Source: Callorhinchus milii (lineage: Eukaryota). Taken from it: a DNA stretch of 64,000 nt. The notes under the pieces are model-generated. The model was not told the origin of the DNA. It did no database searches and saw only the letters and a list, made by a program, of their open reading frames with translations. Location of the stretch: the NCBI RefSeq assembly GCF_018977255.1, contig NW_024704743.1, forward strand, positions 5,272,001-5,336,000. Direction: 5' to 3'. A program made the translations under genes and the position numbers. Positions 59,641 through 64,000 of the stretch are shown here, in pieces; position 1 is the stretch's first letter, and each line of letters opens with the position of its first letter.

Positions 59641-60859
59641 TGGGGGAATATGCTATGCTATTTATGTTGTGTTGAGCGGTGCTGAGTTGAGCTGTGCTAT
59701 ACTGTGCTGTGCTGCGTGTGGCTCAATGTCAAGATGGCTGTGAGCATGTTTGGCCAACGCTTGACTCCCATCATGGCAGCCAGCCCTGCACTCAACGCTT
59801 TATTGATCTGTCGAGCTCACGGACACAGCCACATTGACAGAAGGGTCTGCCTGGCAGTGTCTGGGCTCCAATAATGCTTCTGCTGCATTAACACTGTAAA
59901 CCTCGGGACATTGGGTTCTTTAATAATAATAATAATGATAATCCTTGCAGTTGATATCTTATCACCTTATCATGTTGTCGAGACGATTCAAAGTGCTTCA
60001 CAGGATAAAGTGGAGAGACTATGTATTTTGTGGGTAAAATGCGGCAACCAGATGCGCAGCCAATGTCCCACAAACAGCCACCAATTTTATTTGGGGGATT
60101 GTTGGCAAGGACACCGAGAGAGAGAGAGAAACGCCCTTCTCCAATAGAACTGTAGGATCTTGAACATCCACCTGAACAGGGAGTCAGGACCTCAGCTTAA
60201 CATCTCATCCGGAGATCAGAACCTCTGACAATGCTGTGCTCTCTCCCCTCACTCCCAACCCCCACCACTGCACTGGAGTGTCAGCTTAACCTGTGAGCTC
60301 AAAGTCCCCGATGTGGGGCTTGAACTCACTACCTCCTGGGTCGGCTGCAAGAGCGTGAGTGACTGAGCCAGGTTGTACAGCAGCAAGGCTGAGACACACA
60401 CACACGCGCACACATTCTGGAGCTTGCGTGGAGTGTAGTAAATATTGACACTGTGTCCATGGTTGGGAGGACATATGTTGTAGTTAAATAATGCACAAGG
60501 AATTGAAAAATTGTTTGAGTGTGTGAGCAAGTGAAAGCCATGTCAGGCAGGACAATGAGATGGGACGTGTTTTCAGCTCTCAACGGCAAATGATGAATTT
60601 TAATGGCATTGCCCTGCCTTCAAAACTGAGCAATAGCTCAAAGTGACATCTTCCACAATCGGAGGCCGAGCACCCTTGCACAACTCACATTTATTACACA
60701 CTGCTTTACAACTGAAAGTAGACAGAGGTATTTGCTGAAGCTCCCCACCCAACTCTTGGAGAACTGTCCACACTCCAGGTCAGGGTTAGAGACACAGTCA
60801 AACTCCCTCTGCACTGTCCACCCACACTCCCAGGTCATTGACAGCACAGTATCCGCTGG

Positions 60860-61345
60860 CACCATTCCCAACCCTTTATAAACATCACCCCCATCAAAAA
60901 ACCTTCCATGGAACCATCCCTGTTCTCCGAATACTGCCCCATCTCCAACCTCCCTTTGCTTTCCAAGGTCCTGGAACAAGTCGTTGCTTTCCAACTTCGC
61001 TAAATTCTCTCCCACCTCTTCTGATACAACCCCCTCCACTCGGGTTTCCATGCTGCCCACAGCACAGAAACAGCCCCGATTAAAGTAACAAATGACATTT
61101 TGTCCATCTGTGACCAGGACTCCCTCTGTCTTCTCATCCTCCTTGACTTCGCTGCTGCATTTGACACTGTTAACCACTCTATCCTACTCCACTGCCTCTC
61201 CTTTCACCTCAACCTTCATGGTTCTGTCCTTGAGTGGTTCAGATCCTACCTCTCACACCGTCTCCACTTTGTCTTCACAAATGGCTTCTCCGTCTTGTGC
61301 TGAGTTCCCCAGGGCTCTGTCTTTGGTCCTCTCCTATTCAAGATG
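60860..61345 (+). mobile_element. L2 RT N-terminal/core fragment
   Basis: PISNLPLLSKVLEQVV, GFHAAHSTET, LLILLDFAAAFDTVNHSILL, VLEWFRSYL. Confidence 0.9.
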
Positions 61346-61379
61346 TACTTAGACTATATATACAATACAGACACATAGA

Positions 61380-62665
61380 TTCAACAACAGCAAAATTACA
61401 TTTATATAGCACCTTTCACGTCGGGAGGACGTCCCAAGGCTCTGGACAGTCAGTCTTTCGGATCCAAGCTGGTTTGGGATTGGGGAGGGTGGAGGGCAGG
61501 GGGTTAAGTAGGGTGTTCAAAAGCACCGTCGAAGACGAGGGTCTTGAGATGGGTCTTGAAGCAAGCAAGGGAGAGGGCGAGATGGGGGGACCATGGGATG
61601 GAGTTCCAGAGGGTAGGGGCAGAGTGGCGGAAGGCGAGGCATTGGACGTGAAGCAAGCCGGAGCCCGCTGAGCGGAGGAGCGGCCAGGATGGTAGGAGGT
61701 TAGGAGGTCCCAGAGGTAGGGGAGAGCACGGCCATGGAGGGCTTTGAAGGTGAGCATCAGGATCTTGCACTATATCCTCTGTGAGGTGAGAAGCCAGTGG
61801 AGTCAGGCGAGGATGCGGGGGAGTTGGGGGGGTTGGTGATAGGGTCACGGAGCCTGGTGCGGAAGAGGACACGGGCTGCATAGTTTTGGACGATCTGCAG
61901 CCTATGGAGGGAGGAATTGGGGAGACTGACAAGCAAGGAGTTCGCATAGTCAAGCTTGGATGTTATGAATGCGTGTATGAGGGTTTTGGCAGCCTGAGGT
62001 GTGGCAGAGCCGGGCGATGTTGCGGAAGTGGGGAAGGCAGAGCGGGTCATGGTACAGATGTAGAGTAGAAAGGGCAGTTGAGGGTCAAACAAGACCCCAA
62101 GGTTCCAGACTGGCTTAGTAAGGTGGAGTGTGCAACCATGGATGGTGTTGCTGTCAGCGTCTGAGGTGTGGAGGCGCTGACGGGAGTCAATCAGGAGAGC
62201 CTCAGTCTTTTTGACGTTCAACTGAAGGAAATTAACTCTCATCCAGGACTTGATGACTGACAGACATTCTGTCAGGACAGCAATGGTCCTGGAGTCAAGG
62301 ATGGAGGCAGAGAGGTAGAGTTGGGTGTCATCCTCATACATGTGGAAGTTGACCCCATGTCTGTGGATGATGTTACCAAGAGGGAGCTTATAGATATTGA
62401 AGAGGATGGGCCAAGGATAGAGCCCTGAGGAACTCCGCATGAGGGGGCTTGAGGAGAAAGCGTTTGCGGAGATGAAGTGGAGATGGTGTGAGAGGTACGA
62501 TCTGAACCAGTCAAGGACAGAACCGTGAAGGTTGAGGTGAGAGGAGAGGCAGTGGATGAGGATAGGGTGGTCAACGGTGTTGAAGGCAGTAGAGGAGGTC
62601 AAGGAGGATGAGGAGGCAGAGGGAGCCCTGGTTGCAGATGGACAGAATGTCATTCGTCACTTTGA
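61380..62665 (-). mobile_element. 5'-truncated L2 LINE (RT core to 3' tail)
   Basis: AFNTVDHPILI, VLDWFRSYL, FHMYEDDTQLY, KTEALLI, LDYANSLL. Tail cagagccttgggacgtcctcccgacgtgaaaggtgctatataaatgt. Confidence 0.92.
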
Positions 62666-62669
62666 CTGG

Positions 62670-63432
62670 GCTTCTTCTCGCTTCCACCCAGTCACCTGTG
62701 GGGTACCCCAAGGATCCATCCTTGGCCCCCTTCCCTTCCTCATCTATATGCTCCCTCTCGGTGATGTCATTCGCAGACATGGGGTTAACTTCCACACGTA
62801 TGCGGATGACACTCATTTCTACTTCTCCTCCTCCAGCTGTGACCCCCAATCCCCTGATGTTCTGTCAGCTTTTCTGTCGGACATCAAGAGCTGGCTGAGC
62901 GCAAACTTCCTGCAGTTAAATATCAACAAGACGGAAGCTATACTGTTTTCTCCCGTCGATATCTTCTGTCCAGCGGTTCCCCAATTACTCCAGTCCATGC
63001 AAATCCCACTGGCTCCCTATCACAGAGCAGATTGACTTCAAGATACTCACTCTAGTGTTTAAATCCCTCCATTCCTTGGCACCCCACTATGTCTCTAACT
63101 TCCTCTCTCCCCACAGCAGTACCTGCTGCCTTCGCTCGACTGAGTCCAGCTTCCTCCGTGTCCCCCGAATCCTCTGCTCCACCATCGGGGGCCGTGCCTT
63201 CAGGCCACTACTCCTTGAAACTTTGGAACTTCCTCCCTCAACCCCTCCACCTCGCCCCTCCTTCCCCATCTTCAGGTCGAACCTGAAGACCTTCCTCTTC
63301 GACCTTCGCGCCTACGGTCACCTTCCCCCTCCCCTTGACTTACCCTCGGGCTCCGACATCGTTAAGTGCTCTGAGACACCGCCCGGTATGGAGGGCGCTA
63401 TATAAATGCAAGTTGTTATTGTTGTTGTTGTT
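62670..63432 (+). mobile_element. 5'-truncated, internally deleted L2 LINE
   Basis: GVPQGSILGPLPFLIYM, FHTYADDTHFY, NINKTEAILF, TIGGRAF plus tail. Confidence 0.9.
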
Positions 63433-63544
63433 TCTGTGCTGTGGGCGGCACGGAAACCCGATTGGAGGGGTTCGTGATGGGAGTGGCGGGAAAGGAAGGA
63501 AAGAAGCTGGGAAGCAATGACTCATTCCAGTACCTTGGAGGTAA

Positions 63545-63801
63545 TTGGTAAAAGAACTAGAGGGGAGATGTGGACAATTTTTTTGACATAGAGAGTCATT
63601 ACGGTCTGGAATGCACTGCCTGAAAGGGCAGCGGAAACAGATTCAATAACAACTTTCAAAAGGGAATCGGATAGGCACTTGAAAAGGACAAATATGGGGA
63701 AAGAGCGGGGAGTGGGACTGATTGTGCAGCTCTTGGAAAGAGCCGGCACAGGCATGATGGGCCGAATGGCCTCCTTCTGCACTGTAATATTCTACGATTC
63801 T
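63545..63801 (+). mobile_element. CR1 3'-end fragment
   Basis: Same family as 5905-6122. Confidence 0.8.
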
Positions 63802-64000
63802 GTGTGGGGAGGGTTAGTGTGTGAGATGTGTGTGTGTGGAGGGTTAGTTAGTCAATTGGCGGATCACTTTTCCGGGGGTGATAAACCCTTCAAAAAAGAA
63901 AAAAAGAAATAATAATTTGTTCTCTCAATCCACGACTGTTTGTGGGACACAGCCGTGTGCAATTGACTGCCACGTTTCGCCCACCAAATATACAGTCAAT

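Noticed and set aside
59021..59675. Glu/Gly/Arg-rich and Ser/Pro-rich ORFs
   Set aside because: Low-complexity polypyrimidine tract.
25500..64000. Exons of the expected downstream neighbour (RHPN1 in mammals)
   Set aside because: No recognisable rhophilin peptide or exon was found by eye; the gene may lie beyond the window.

Overview
Vertebrate genomic DNA. The SINE, CR1, L2 and Penelope repeat set points to a cartilaginous fish, possibly a chimaera (inference). The window holds one complete intronless CDS, a large-Maf bZIP factor that best matches MAFA (22704-23528, +). It has a GC-box/CCAAT/TATA promoter at ~20140-20330, a long repeat-rich putative 5' UTR and a ~1.7 kb 3' UTR. The ORF track misses a 32-bp terminal coding exon at 7525-7556 (G-KPMRIKPRL*), which matches the ZC3H3 C-terminus and reproduces the mammalian ZC3H3->MAFA tandem order. 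The rest is dense in decayed mobile DNA: a tRNA-headed Deu-type SINE (>25 copies or fragments), L2 and CR1 LINE fragments, Penelope-type pieces with degenerate hammerhead cores, and minisatellites. Highlights: (1) a ~570-nt non-coding, non-tRNA, 3'-anchored repeat family built almost entirely from hairpins (about 11 copies or fragments); (2) a 13x57-bp tandem array abutting the MAFA promoter that multiplies a TALE (TGACAG) site; (3) a miR-204/211 8mer beside a UGCAUG-containing block in the MAFA 3' UTR; (4) an out-of-frame uORF overlapping the MAFA start; (5) SINE subfamilies whose 3' tails differ, one matching a local L2 family. Repeat boundaries were read by eye and are approximate. Almost all other ORF-track entries are repeat artefacts.
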